Assembly (NCBI GenBank): GCA_964016885.1
Contig: OZ024740.1
Span: 312,232,001-312,296,000, forward strand
Length of the DNA stretch: 64,000 nucleotides
Direction: 5' to 3'
Source: Eledone cirrhosa
Lineage: Eukaryota
Shown: positions 39,970 to 52,610 of the stretch, one piece after another
How positions within the stretch are numbered: position 1 is the stretch's first letter
Layout of the letters: the number at the start of each line of letters is the position of its first letter
Notes under the pieces: generated by a model
The model's database searches: none
Told to the model about the DNA's origin: nothing
What the model saw: only the letters and a program-made list of their open reading frames with translations
Position numbers and translations under genes: made by a program

Positions 39970-40225
39970 TTGATGGTGAATTACCAGAATCATTAAAGTG
40001 TCGGATAGAATGCTTTGCAGAATTTGTTTCAGCTCTCTGAATTCAAATCTGACTGAGATCAACTTTGCCTTTCATCCTTTTAAGGTTGATAGAAAAATAT
40101 CAGTCCAGTGCTGGGGTCGATTCTTTTTCTATATTACTTTCTCACTTCCTCTCTCTCCTTCTTTGAAAGAAATCACCTCTGTTCAGGCTTGGAGAGGGGA
40201 TGGGCTCCATCAGGTTTAAAGTGTC
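39970..40225 (+). mobile_element. SINE family A variant with an alternative 3' tail
   Basis: Family-A central block followed by tgttcagg.ttggagaggggatggg...caggtttaaa. The same tail is at 46960-47050 and 61690-61815 on the minus strand. Confidence 0.6.
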
Positions 40226-41178
40226 TCTACAACTCCATCAAAAGCTATGGGTCCATATATGCATACAATCCTGATTCAGCAGAATTATCAAAGACATGAT
40301 TATCTGATCTTGATGCATTTACGGGGTCGATAAAATAAAGTACCAGTAATGCACTGGGTAATTGCTGGCCTTGTGCCTAAAGTAGAAACAATTATATATC
40401 TAAGACTACATTATCCAATATGGCTCTCATTTAAGACAGAAGGGTAGTTTGAGGAAGTTTAAATAGCTGGTTAAACACCCCTGTATGGCCTTTTATAACC
40501 TTGTGATAACAGAAATCGCTTGAGCCTTTATTTTTGCTTTATTTGATAATTGTGTTATTTAGCAACTATTGATGTATTTATCTTGAAAGATTATTATATT
40601 AAAGCTGATTAAAATGTACTTTTACTCTCACCTTTATTATTTTTTCTATGCTTTTGCTGCATAGATCTCAATTGAATTAAAATAAATAAAAAACTACATT
40701 TATTAAGTAATCTTAAGTATGCAAGATAAAAAAAAAAAGTGTTTCTCCCTGTTTCTTTCCTCCTATCTCTATATAAAATCAATGATGCCCTCCCTAGCTA
40801 CTTGGAGTCTCAAACAATTATACTGACCAAAATCTGTCAAGTTTTCTAAGTGTAAGTAGACTATGCAGTCGTCTGATCTACAACAGATATGTGGTTCAAT
40901 TCCCACAGATAGTTCTGTCACCCCCGTTATACTTTGCATGTATAAATGCACCATTAAGGTTGAGCAGATATCTTTTGAGACAGTGTTCTATAGCTGAATA
41001 CTTTTCCTGGTGTTAATCCTTTAAGTTGCCTTTTACAACATGTAGTATGCAGTGCTATGGTGTGCATACATCTTATTGTTAGTTCTAACTTGACTAGAAT
41101 AATTGCAATTATATTTACTACCATTCTTCAGAAAGAATGGACACAATTTCAATTCTTAGATTTTCTACCTAATGAACA

Positions 41179-41360
41179 TTTGGCAGTATCGGTAGAGGGT
41201 TGGACGCCATGTTTTCTAGCATAGTTACGTCCCTTTACAGTCCGAGTTCAAATCCCACCGAGGTCAACTTTGCCTTCCATCCTTACGGGGTCGATAAAAT
41301 AAAGTACCAGTAATGTACTGGGTAATTGCAGGCCTTGTGCCAAAAGTAGAAACAATTATT
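41179..41360 (+). mobile_element. SINE family A
   Basis: Full head-body-tail match to the other copies. Confidence 0.92.
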
Positions 41361-44300
41361 TTTATTAGTATTAGATAGACTGTGGCAGACGACCTTACAA
41401 AATACTCTATAGTATTTAGTTATGTTACCTTCTAGTCAGGTGGTTTCTATTCACCCTTCCAGGTTCAGTAACAGTTAATTGATTAAATCAATTTCATCTA
41501 TCCTCCAAAGTCTGTAACCCTATCACAATATTAAAAATCATTATTATCAATGGTGGGTGGCAAAATGAATACACATGGCATAGAATACATTGTAATATTC
41601 AGTTATGTTCTGAACTCAAATCTTGCTCTGGTTAATTTTTGCCTGCCAACCTTCCAGAATTGCTAATATTTTCAAATAACTGTTCTCCACATTCTCAAAT
41701 TTATAGCATTCTGCCAAGGCTAGAAAGCATTATTTTCTCTTCATCTTGTCATTGACACCTGGGATGATATAAGGTGTTCATAATCCTTTACTCACTGAGC
41801 AATTAATCAGTTGGACAGAGATTTTTGCATTTTGTAAAATGAATAGAGGACATGTGTGTCAAGAATTATACACTGTGCAAACTCTTTTAGAGGACTTTCA
41901 GGTCAATCATGTAGATAATTTCCAGAATTGGCAATGCTGTCAAGATCATGACAGGTATTTGAACAAAGCTTGTCTGAAATAGGTAGGCGTGCTGAATCTG
42001 TGCTATACATACTTGTCAAGTATCCACAACTCATTTGCTTATGAGTTTATGTTGAATAGTTATTGCATTCTGTGGGAAGAATCAAGTTGTCCAGCAAGTC
42101 CATATTAAGAATTGTTCCATCACTGCTTTAATCAGGTGTGCTGGGCAGTGTTTTTGTGTCAGGTGGTTATAGCAAAAGTAAATGTGGCAAGTCATTTTTT
42201 CCATTTTAGTATCACTTCAAGTATAAGAGGAAAATGGAAAGATGTTTTGATCAAGTAAATTTTGTGAAAATATGGGTTTATTGGAGCTGTACAACTAAAT
42301 TCTGACATTTTGTTTGTAGTCTAAACATATATGCCTTTGTGTTGAGAACATTCATATTTTGTTGGGTGTCTTGACTTGTACTATGTGGCTATCCTCTTCT
42401 TGAGATATTTACTTTTCATTTAAATTTTTTTTTTCTTTGTAACTTTGATATAATTTGATTTTTTTTGGTTTTTTTTTTGTTTTGATTTTTACTAATTTTT
42501 TTATGTTTCTATCATGTATGTGAACTCATTAGTTATGGAAGTGGGAGTTCAACTGGTCAGAAATGTTCACCTTTTTACTTCATGTTAAAACCAACCTAAC
42601 TGGTTTTACTTTACATGCCAAAGCTTTCTAACAAGTTTGGCTAGATAAGATATGTTGTATGTGTGTGTGTACACACCGAAAGAATTGTTTCATTTTATTT
42701 TTGCTCATAGATTACTAGAACATTTTTGTTGTAAGCAAGATGTTTTCTGCTTAGATGCTACGATATATACCACTTGGCCAATTCAACTTGTATCATCAAT
42801 TTTCATACATTTTTTTATCTATGCTGGTATTATTTCGTCCTTGCTGCTGTCTAACCTTTTTGATATATTTACATAAACAGATAATTTATTGTATTGTCAT
42901 GCTAAGGAAAAGTTCAATCCCATTTTACATGTAATAAGATTTAGTCTAAATTATCATGATATTGTTAAATAATGGAGTTTTCTTAAAAAAAAAAACTTGT
43001 TTTAATAAAGAATAAAAAGAAACCTTAGTTTGTTTTTGAATACAGCCAGTTACCTTTGTGTATGTGTATTTGTTCTCGTTAATTTTATAACATATGCTTA
43101 TTAAACTCTTAATTATTCGACTTCCAGAATTTACTGATTGACTTTTTCTAATGTGATGTAGAGAAATCAGAATATCTGATATTAAATAAATTTGTGACTG
43201 GGTCCACATCTGATGTTTTGTTTACAAACTGCTTAAGCTAGTCAGAGGCAAACTGGACCATTTGGCTTTTAGAATGGCTTGACTGTCTTTACTAGTGCAG
43301 CCTGCCATATGTCATGACCCACTGCTTGAAAAAGGTTGCTCATACCTGCCATAACTATTTTGCTAGATATTTTACCAGATGTGTGTATGTGTCTTTGCTC
43401 AGCTATGGGCAAGCATTCACCAAGGCTTCTCATTGAGAATTTCTCATCTGAGTCTTGGAAATAATTGCACAGTAAGTAGTTTATGATTGGAGTATCATGT
43501 AGACAGTTTGGATGATTCCGAAGATTAGCTTATTATCATAATAAAATGAACTATTTACTTTCCCTAGCTGAATTTATTTTTTATCTTTAACTTGTACTTA
43601 ACCCATTTTTTTTATGGATGGAATAAGTAATATTCAGTTTCTTCATCCAAATTTAAGAAAGGTGTGTGGATTTTGCAGACAGAAAACGCCCATTTCTGGT
43701 ATGATTGAAAACATTTTAGAATATTATCTTTCCTCTTTTTTTGTCTTACATTTGTCTTCCATAAATTTTACATAAGATTTTAGAACATTTTTGACAAATT
43801 GTAGTATTCATGGAACAGGCAGACAAAAAGCTGTATAGTTATAATATAAATTTATTATCCTTCACTTTTGCTTTCTTCTTGAAAAATATGTTCTGTAATT
43901 ATTTATTTCATAAATTTTCTGTTTCATGATATAAAAGTACTTTGATTTGCTGTAAATTTCATACATGAGTATGATCTTTTTGCTATATGTGAACAATATT
44001 TCCTTCATTTGTTTAGAATTCTAATTATTACAGTATTATTATCATTCATCTATTTGCAAAAGTAAAAACACTATACTATACACTAAGATAGACAATATTT
44101 TGTAATACGATTAATATACAATTATAATTACAGTTTGACAGAGATTGATAAAATAAATATCAAACTTGAAAAAATAAGTACTAAAGTGAATATGATTGAC
44201 TAAATAATCCCTTCAAGGCAGTGCTCTAACTGGGTGTAGTCTAATAAGTAAAAGAAAATGTGTGTTTATGTATTTATGCACACACGCACACGTATATTTC

Positions 44301-45639
44301 TGTGCCTTTTCCATGTGTATGTCTGTGATTTTTCTAAAGTCTTAGTCAGAAGGGGTATGACAACTTACAGTATGGCCTCGAAATCTGGTGGAAGAAACCA
44401 TAATTTTTGGTTGCTGCAGAAGTATGCAACATATTAATATATTGAGTTACTCTTAGACTATGTATGTGTTATTGGAGGGCTGTGCTTTATGTTCATGCAT
44501 ACATAGAATGAAACAAACATTAACTAAATGAGCACTCGATACATGTGAGCAGTGTATAAGTTTTGATTTTCTGAAGAAAAAGGTGGCAGTGACTTCGAAA
44601 TTTCAGTAATGGTCAAATCTCAAGTTTCAAGCTTTCTTTTGTCTATTTATATGTTTAGTTCTAGTGGTTGGGTGTGGTGTTGTCACTGATTAGTGGGCAG
44701 GGTTTGTAGTTATGTGTTAATAATGGGGAGGGGGTATATGTTTTTTTAATGTATTAATTATATAGTCACAAATGTTTGAGGGGGAGGGGCGTGGAATTAC
44801 TTTTGTTGATTTATTTTTAAAACTTCTGGAATGTTGTGGGTTGGATATAGTAAGCCTCTTTTTGGAAGTGGTCTACGATTGTAATGCTCTATGTGCCAGT
44901 GTGTGTGTGTGTGTGTGTGTGTATTTGTATGTATTTGGCAAAGAGGGAGGAAAATCATATTCCTGGGTCTAAATTCTTGATTTTTACTTACTCTCTGCAG
45001 TGAACCATGAAGTTGAAGGAAGCTAGGAGTGTGTAGTTTTTCCAATTGTCTGTTTGTTTTTGGAAATATGAGTAGCCAAAGAAGTAGATATGTATTGTGG
45101 CTGGTGGGATATATATTGAGGAAGATGACAATTTTAAGCAGCTGGTTAGGTTTTTTTTTTTTTTTTGTAAATTCTGTGGATTGGTTTTACGTTTTAATGG
45201 TCAGTGTTAAAATGGAAATTAGTAGACAAGTGGAAGTAAGAGGGGATGGTTAATGATGTTTTAGTTTAAAGAACTTGAGCTAATTTAGAGGAATATTAAT
45301 TTATAGAATGCATATACATTATGTATGGTTTTGTGTGTGTGTATATACACACACATTATGGAGGGGAATATTCCAGCTTTATTGATTTTCCTCCCCCAAG
45401 AAAGTTTGGAGATTTCCAGGTATTAAACATTAGACATGATGATTCTGTGGAAAATAATTCTTGAAGCAGAGTTTATCTTTGTGAAACTATAGGAGTGACT
45501 CAAGAGTTTAGAGCTTTGTGACAAAGCACTTGTCATTCTTGAGTTACTCCTGTAGCTTCACTGCTAGTAAATAGTATGTGTGTGTGTGTGTGTTGGTTAA
45601 TGTGGATTTGTCTTACACTTCAGGTAGAAATATTTTTAA

Positions 45640-45840
45640 CCCTTCAGCATTTAAACTGGCCATATCTGGCCAGAATTCTCACCTCTTTGTTCAAAGAGGC
45701 TGTAACTGGCCACTCATACTTATGTTAAGATATTATTCTCAAAATAAATATCAAAATCTCATAGATTCGATATTACGTGAAGTAAAGCCTTTACCATGAA
45801 AATATAATAGTAAATATAGAGTAATTTAAATACTGAAGGA
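45640..45840. mobile_element. piggyBac-type MITE (complete)
   Basis: TTAA|CCCTTCAGCATTTAAA ... TTTAAATACTGAAGGA|TTAA. Confidence 0.85.
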
Positions 45841-46810
45841 TTAAGTATCTGATACCTGTTGTAGATTAAAATAGTGAAAATCAAGTGTGTTTTTTAAATG
45901 TAAAATATCTTGCATATAATTTTTTTTGTTAGAAGGAATGTTTTCTTGAAATTCATTTATGGATAATAATACTTTCCTGATATAGAACAAGTAATTTAGA
46001 CTATCAGCACAGTTGACATCTTGGATGGACTCATAATTTAAAAAAAAGAAATGTTCTTATAATAGTGGTATTAGTAATATTAGTCAGAAGCAGAGACTGC
46101 ATATAACTGTTATAAGCAGTTCATCAACTTTAATCGGTGTGATGTGCCTATGTAAGAAATCAATATTAGCAAGACAGTTGATAAAAAAATGTGTAGAACG
46201 AATGATAAAACACTTCAAGGTATTTTCTTCGAAAACATTTTCTGCGACATGACAGGTTATTTAGGGTTAAATAAGCCTAGAATTTGTATTTCTTGAAACC
46301 TGTTATCGGAGTGTGATAAGTGAAAATATGAAACAAAAATTGATATTCTGGAAGATTATATTGATTTCTGACCTGGTCATAAATCTATTAAAGTAATACT
46401 TAAGAATAATCTATAATATTTTTGAAAATTTAGAATTATTTATATTTTATATTTTTTTGAATTCTATATTTTTAGATCACTCTACTATGAAAAATTAAGT
46501 TGCCACATATGAGTATTTCAATGGAATAATTTAATAATTTAAACTTACAATTTATTTTGTTTCTGTTGCATTAAAGAATAATTTCATTTCAATTTGTGTA
46601 AATCTTTAGATTCTTGGAATGTTTTTGATAAGTAAAACCCTCCCTACCTTTTTTTAATTGAATTAGTCATTTAGATGATTATTTTCATTACTTATTAATT
46701 AATTATAAATTTTTAGCTTACTATATCACATGCTAGCATGTAATTAACTATTAAGTTTTCATGTAGCAGTCCCTCAGTCTTTTTTGTCGCTTATTATTTT
46801 ATATTGTCCC

Positions 46811-46913
46811 AAGGTTAACTTTGCCTTTCATCCTTATGGGATCGATAAAATAAAGTACCAGTAATGCACTGGAATAATTGCTGGCCTTGTGCTAAAAAGT
46901 AGAAACAATTATT
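46811..46913 (+). mobile_element. SINE family A, 3' half
   Basis: aggttaactttgcctttcatcctta...agtagaaacaattatt. Confidence 0.88.
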
Positions 46914-48414
46914 ATCCATCTTTGAACTGTAGAGGCACCCTTGTGACGGCATGTCTTGGGCATTTAAACCTGGTGGTACCCATCCCTCTCCAGGTCTGAA
47001 CATGGTTGACTTCTTCCAAGGAGAGGTAGATAAAGGAAGAATCAACCCCACTACTAGAATGTTATTTTATCTATCTCAAAAGGGTGAACAGCAAAGTTGA
47101 ATTGACCCAGAGTGCTGAGGGTGAGTGTGAACATCACAAAGCATTTTGGCTGACCTTGTGAGGTGTCATCCAGCACCATAACTTCCCTACTGTGTCTAAT
47201 TAAATCCAGTGGAAGACATATTTAAATGTGCTGCCATATATTTCACATTTGGAGGATGCTTATAATCAATTAAGTCAACAATACCAGAATGATTAAAAGC
47301 AAAGTGGTATTTGAACTCAGAATGTAAAATGCAGTAACTATATATACAGCAAGGCATTTTGTATGACAATCTAATGATTCTGCTGTCATAACATTTTCAG
47401 ATATTAAGAATGATTTTATTTTAAACTAAGCTTTAATTAGAAATTGTTACATTGAAAAATTAGGTTTTTTACTTGTAACAAGTGAATTTCACTGGGCAAG
47501 ATACTGTTCAGATGACCAGATCTAGAGATAAGTCAGTATCATAAATCTCCTGGTAATTTGGGAAAACTAAACTTGTATCTGTATAGCTAGACCTGTCCTA
47601 AAACAAAGTGATAGGTTCAACATTATGCATTCATCATCAGTAAGGCATTGGATTTCTGGCATATACATTTAATTTTCAATAACCCAATTCATTTTTCTCG
47701 GCAGAAATTTGAACATTTTTGTTTTGATTAATTCCAAAAGGAGTATACTAACACTCCTTTTTTAAAAGGAAATATTTGAAGTAGTCAATATGCTTATGTA
47801 TTCCTCCTCTTTTATGCTGTGTATATACACACGTGAGCATGTTATTTCACTGGTTATTATTTTATTAATTATAATGTATGTAATAAGAATCAAGTCTGTA
47901 CTGTTTCAGCCACTTCCTCTCTTTAAATATAGTTTCTTATGTGTATCACCTTAAGGTTTTCTTTATCAGTGAATTAATAGTTAGGTAATGTAGTGTGAAA
48001 ATTACAGTATAACATTGACAAATGTATCTCTGATTCAGGAATAAGCAATTGTCTGAAGTACAATTGACATCAAATCTGATCATGTGAATTGTAAATCTTG
48101 AATTTAATGGTTGTTAGTGTTGTTACATAGATTAAGTAAACATCTAGAAGGCTATGATAGAGTACTAGTCAGAAGTTTATGTAGGGCTTTATTTTGACAT
48201 ACATTATCCATCTTGAGCTTACTATAGTTCGTTTCAGATGAGATACATTTTTATCAGCATATGATTCTGTGTATTCAGATAAGTTTGCTTTATAATCAAA
48301 CTGGACAGTACCTAGAATTAGGACAAATATTTTATCAGTTTTACACCAGAAACCAGGAATAATATTAGCTGTCTTAACTTGCATGAAAGGCTGTTATTTT
48401 GGTATATTATTTTA

Positions 48415-48603
48415 GGATGGATTGGCAGTATCGGTAGAGGGTCGGACGCCATGCTTTGACGCGTAGAGTTACGGCCCTTGCCATTCTGAGTTCAAATCCC
48501 GTCGCGGTTAACTTTGACTTTCATCCTTACGGGGTGGATAAAATAAAGTACCAGTAATACACTGGGTAATTGCTGGCCTGTGCCAAAAGTAGAAACAATT
48601 ATT
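48415..48603 (+). mobile_element. SINE family A (young)
   Basis: Nearly identical to the reverse complement of 60909-61103, including the diagnostic ggcccttgccattctgag. Confidence 0.93.
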
Positions 48604-48973
48604 TTAGTTGAAACCAAATTGCCATGATGAATCAATATAAGAATTCTTCATTGTCATATTACTTCTCTTTATTTTCTTCTCTAAAATCCTATATTGAGTT
48701 AAGTGACTACTGAGTGACAAGTGAACTAACTGTCTAGTAACTGCAGATTCCATAGCACTCAGAACCTTCTTCTTATACTAATTGCAGTTATTTTTTACAA
48801 TCAACCTCCTCCCTTGTCCAATTCTAATTTGATGTCTATACATTACATACATGAAAAGTTCTTGTGCACCCGTTGGTTGTTTTCATAAACTCATTTTCAT
48901 GTCTCTGTCCTAGTTATTTAATTTTTAACCTATTTATGTATAGTTATTTTAGAAATAATAATGATAATAATAA

Positions 48974-49030
<57 letters not shown>

Positions 49031-49034
<4 letters not shown>

Positions 49035-50095
49035 CACAACTAATTAGAGAATGAGTCAAACTGGATGAGATTCAGTTTGGTTTTGCACCAGGGAAAAGTT
49101 CCTAGCTAAGGCTAAGAATAAGCTGCCATATTTAGCTTTTGTTTATATAGAAAAAGCCTTTGGCAAAGTACCTTGATCTGGTATCTGGTGGTCCTTAAGT
49201 GTAGAAGAAAGAGCAGTGCAAGCTATGTACTGAAGAGCAGTCAGTAAAGTGAGAGTAGGGTTCAGTCTTCAGCCCACTTCTATTTATTATAGTTCTCCAG
49301 ACCATAACAGAGGAGCTTGTGACTGGTTGTCCATGGAAACTTCTTTATGCTACTGATCTGGTTCTCATAGCTGAATCCATAAAAGAACCAAAGAATAAGC
49401 TTTGGCTAGAAAAAGAATTTAGAATCAAAAGGGCTAAATAAGAAAAAAGATAAGAAGTGGTCCTGCTCAATATATAGGAGTATGTGGTAACTGTGTATGA
49501 TGTACACAAGAGGTGTAGTGGGATATGAGGCTGAGTAACAGAAAAGGTAAACTTTGTATGTGGCAGATGCATAAGTATAGTTAGTAGTAAGATCGTCAAT
49601 AAAATAAATGTTTTCCAATCCCAAGAAGGCTCCGTAGAAGTGGTCAATAACTTCTACTACCTTGGTGATGAAATTAGTGGGGAAGGAAGCTGTACCAAGA
49701 GCATAATAGCTAGAGTGAGAACTGGATAGAAAAAGTTAAGAGAGCTACTACCTCTGTTGATGAAAGAAGAAAGGCCAGCTGTATTATGCCTGTGTATGAA
49801 ATGCTATGTTGCAAGGTAGTGAGGTATGGGTGGTGAACACACAGGTTATGTGATGGCTAGAGAGAAATGAAGCAAGCTTTGATGGATGTGCAATGTTAAT
49901 ATACATGAAAAGTAAAGCATAGATGAAGTGAGAGAAGGGTTGACTATTAGAGGAATCAAATGTAGTTTGCTGCAAAGAAGACAGCGATGGTATGGTCATG
50001 TGATGTGTATGGAAGATAATTGTGGGGTAAAAAAGGGCCAAGAAATCCCAGTTGAGGGTTCCTACAGTAGAGGGAAACCAAGAAGGACCTGGGCA
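49031..50095 (+). mobile_element. RTE LINE fragment, heavily degenerate
   Basis: Homologous to 56945-58205 (AQLIRE..KLDE.QFGF, GCPWKLLYA, RWYGHV). Begins right after a (TA)n run. Confidence 0.88.
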
Positions 50096-50203
50096 TTTCA
50101 TAACTACAATGTGCTAACAGAAATGTTATGCACATTTTGGTTAAATAATCATTAATAATTGAAACAACAACTGTTATGGCATCTTCAGACAGTTACATAA
50201 GAA

Positions 50204-50374
50204 TACTGTATTTCCCGGCATCGAAGATGCTACTTTTTTCCTAAAATAAGTCTAAAAAAATTTACCATGCGTCCTGGAGGCCGCATGTTGTTCATTATTT
50301 TTTGCAAGTTTTTGGTTGTCAAAATTAGGGTGTGTCCTTGAGGATGAAACATCTTTGGCGTTGCGAAATATGCT
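50204..50374. mobile_element. Tc1/mariner-superfamily (pogo-like) MITE, degenerate
   Basis: TA|CTGTATTTCCCGGC ... GTTGCGAAATATGC|TA imperfect inverted termini. Confidence 0.45.
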
Positions 50375-50624
50375 AATTATGCATGAAAGTCTATAACAGA
50401 AAATATATAAATTCAGATATAAGCCAACCCCCCTATTTTATATCTGAGAAATGGGCAAAATCCAAATCCTGTGTATAATCCAAGGCAGCTAATTAACACA
50501 TATTTAGATGGCATGGTTTGGAAATTTTCATGAGTGGAGAATATATTTATGAAGTTTAAATGTTTTAAGTGTTGTTTAGAGCATAGTTTTTGTTTAACAA
50601 CTCCATTACCTAATGATCTTTTAC

Positions 50625-51065
50625 TATTTCATCTTCTTTCTCACCCACTTATTCCTGAGAGGGCCATGGGGGCAGAGTCTTCAAACACTCCTTTCAGTGG
50701 GTCCTGTCAGAAGCAACCATTTCCAACTGATCCGGCTGGATTTCCAAGCGCGACCATCCAAGCTCATGAGTGTTATCCAACCATTTTGCTTGGGGTCTAC
50801 CTCTGGGTCTTCTGCCAGTTGGTTTTGCTTGTATAATCTGTCCAGTGATTCTTTCCTGAGACATTCTAACCACATTCCCATAGTATCAGAGATGTGATCT
50901 CTCAATTTGAAGAAGTAGGCTCTACTTGGAGTGACTCTCTGATCTCCGAGCTATGCACTTTATCGAGTAACATTACTCCAAAGACCCTTCGGAGGAACCC
51001 CATTTCGACTGCTTGTATTTGCAGTTGTATTCTTTTGGTCATTACCCAAGATTCATGACCATACT
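50625..51065 (-). mobile_element. RTE (Expander/Rex3-like) LINE 3' end
   Basis: Minus strand reads ...YGNVVRMSQER...PTGRRPRGRPQAKWLD...VASDR..., a C-terminus distinct from the other RTEs here. Confidence 0.75.
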
Positions 51066-52272
51066 ATTTCATGTTTTATAAAATTTCAATAAGTTTCTCA
51101 AATTTTTGTTTCTGGCTGCTCACATGCTGGGAGTGGTCGATTGCAAGAGATCAAATAAAAGAACTTTGTATAGGGATTTATAGAGTAGAAGAAGGAAAGA
51201 GAGGGGAGGCAGAGTGAGAAAAGAGAGAGTGAGTGTGAGCAATAAAATACAAGGCAGAAGTGAGATTGAAAGAAAAAGTATAAAGTCACAGATGAAAACA
51301 GTCACTGTATAGGAGATATTTAAGTATTAACAAGTTAAAATTAGAAAAGTTTGTTTTGAATATTCTTAAAGGAATGCATAAATAACACTCATGACAATGT
51401 ACTAAATGTAGAACGGCTTTGTTTCATTGTAAAATAATCCCCCCTGATATTTTAGTATCTTATTTACGTAGAATTTGAAGTTGGTGAAAATTGTCAAAAT
51501 ATGAGCCAAAATTGATGATAAAAATATTATTTTACCATCAATTTTTTTTATTTATTTATTTTTTTTGTCATATTTCTTGCCTTATATATGAGTATATGCA
51601 GTAAATAAATTGTTGGTAGGTTTCAACCAAAGACACACATCCTTAATTGTGTGTGCTTAGTGTTAATAGCAGAGAACTTGGATGAACTGAGGGAGATGAA
51701 CAAGTAGAAGGAATGTATCAGGCAAAAGATATGAAGGTGAATGTTAGAAAGACAGAAGTGATGGTACGTGGTAAAGCATTTAGTGAGATGGAATGAACAA
51801 GAAGGTGGCCATGAGCAGTGTTCAGGAATGATATTGAAATGAACACTATTAAATGTATGATATGACATGGGTGATGATTGTAGAACAGCAGAGAAGGCTG
51901 GAAAGAATGGAAATGAATGGTTTGGTGGATGAGTGAAATATTGCTGAGAAAAAGGAAGACAAACAATGAAATACAAATCATCATAGGAATATAGCTAATG
52001 ATGAACGTGAAGATAAATTGAATATGATGGCTGGGTTATGTGTTGAGGAAGGATGGAAGTGATGGTGAGAGAAGAGAATGAAATGAATGTAAGTGGGGAA
52101 GGGGAAGGCCAAGAAAGACATGAGAAAATGAAAGCTAGGAGGTTGGTGAGAAGGTATGCTGTTGATTGATTAAAATTGAGAAGCTTGTCATGGACTAACC
52201 CCTGTTTAAAAACGAAATTAATTACTTTTTAGAATGTGTTCAGAAATATATGTACATGACAGTTTTTCACCA

Positions 52273-52465
52273 GGGCGGTGGATTGGCAGTATCGGTAGAG
52301 GGTCTGACGCTATGCTTTGCAGCAAAGAGTTACGCCCCTTTATGGTTTGAGTTCAAATCCCGCCGAGGTTAACTTTGCCTTTCATCCTTACGGGGTCGAT
52401 AAAATAAAGTACCAGTAATGCACTGGATAATTGCTGGCCTTGTGCCAAAAGTAGAAACAATTATT
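52273..52465 (+). mobile_element. SINE family A (full length, young)
   Basis: gggcggtggattggcagtatcggtagag ... gagttcaaatccc ... agtagaaacaattatt. Confidence 0.93.
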
Positions 52466-52572
52466 GTAAAGTGTGTTCTCTATCAGCAATTTCGAAGCAA
52501 CAGCTAAGCATCACTGAGTTGCTGCTGATCATGCCTCTACCATGCCTCTATCATGCCTCTACTCTCTCTCTT

Positions 52573-52610
<38 letters not shown>

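Noticed and set aside
52273-52362. tRNA gene (A/B-box-like sequence)
   Set aside because: No cloverleaf, and it is always attached to the SINE body and tail. It is a SINE head.
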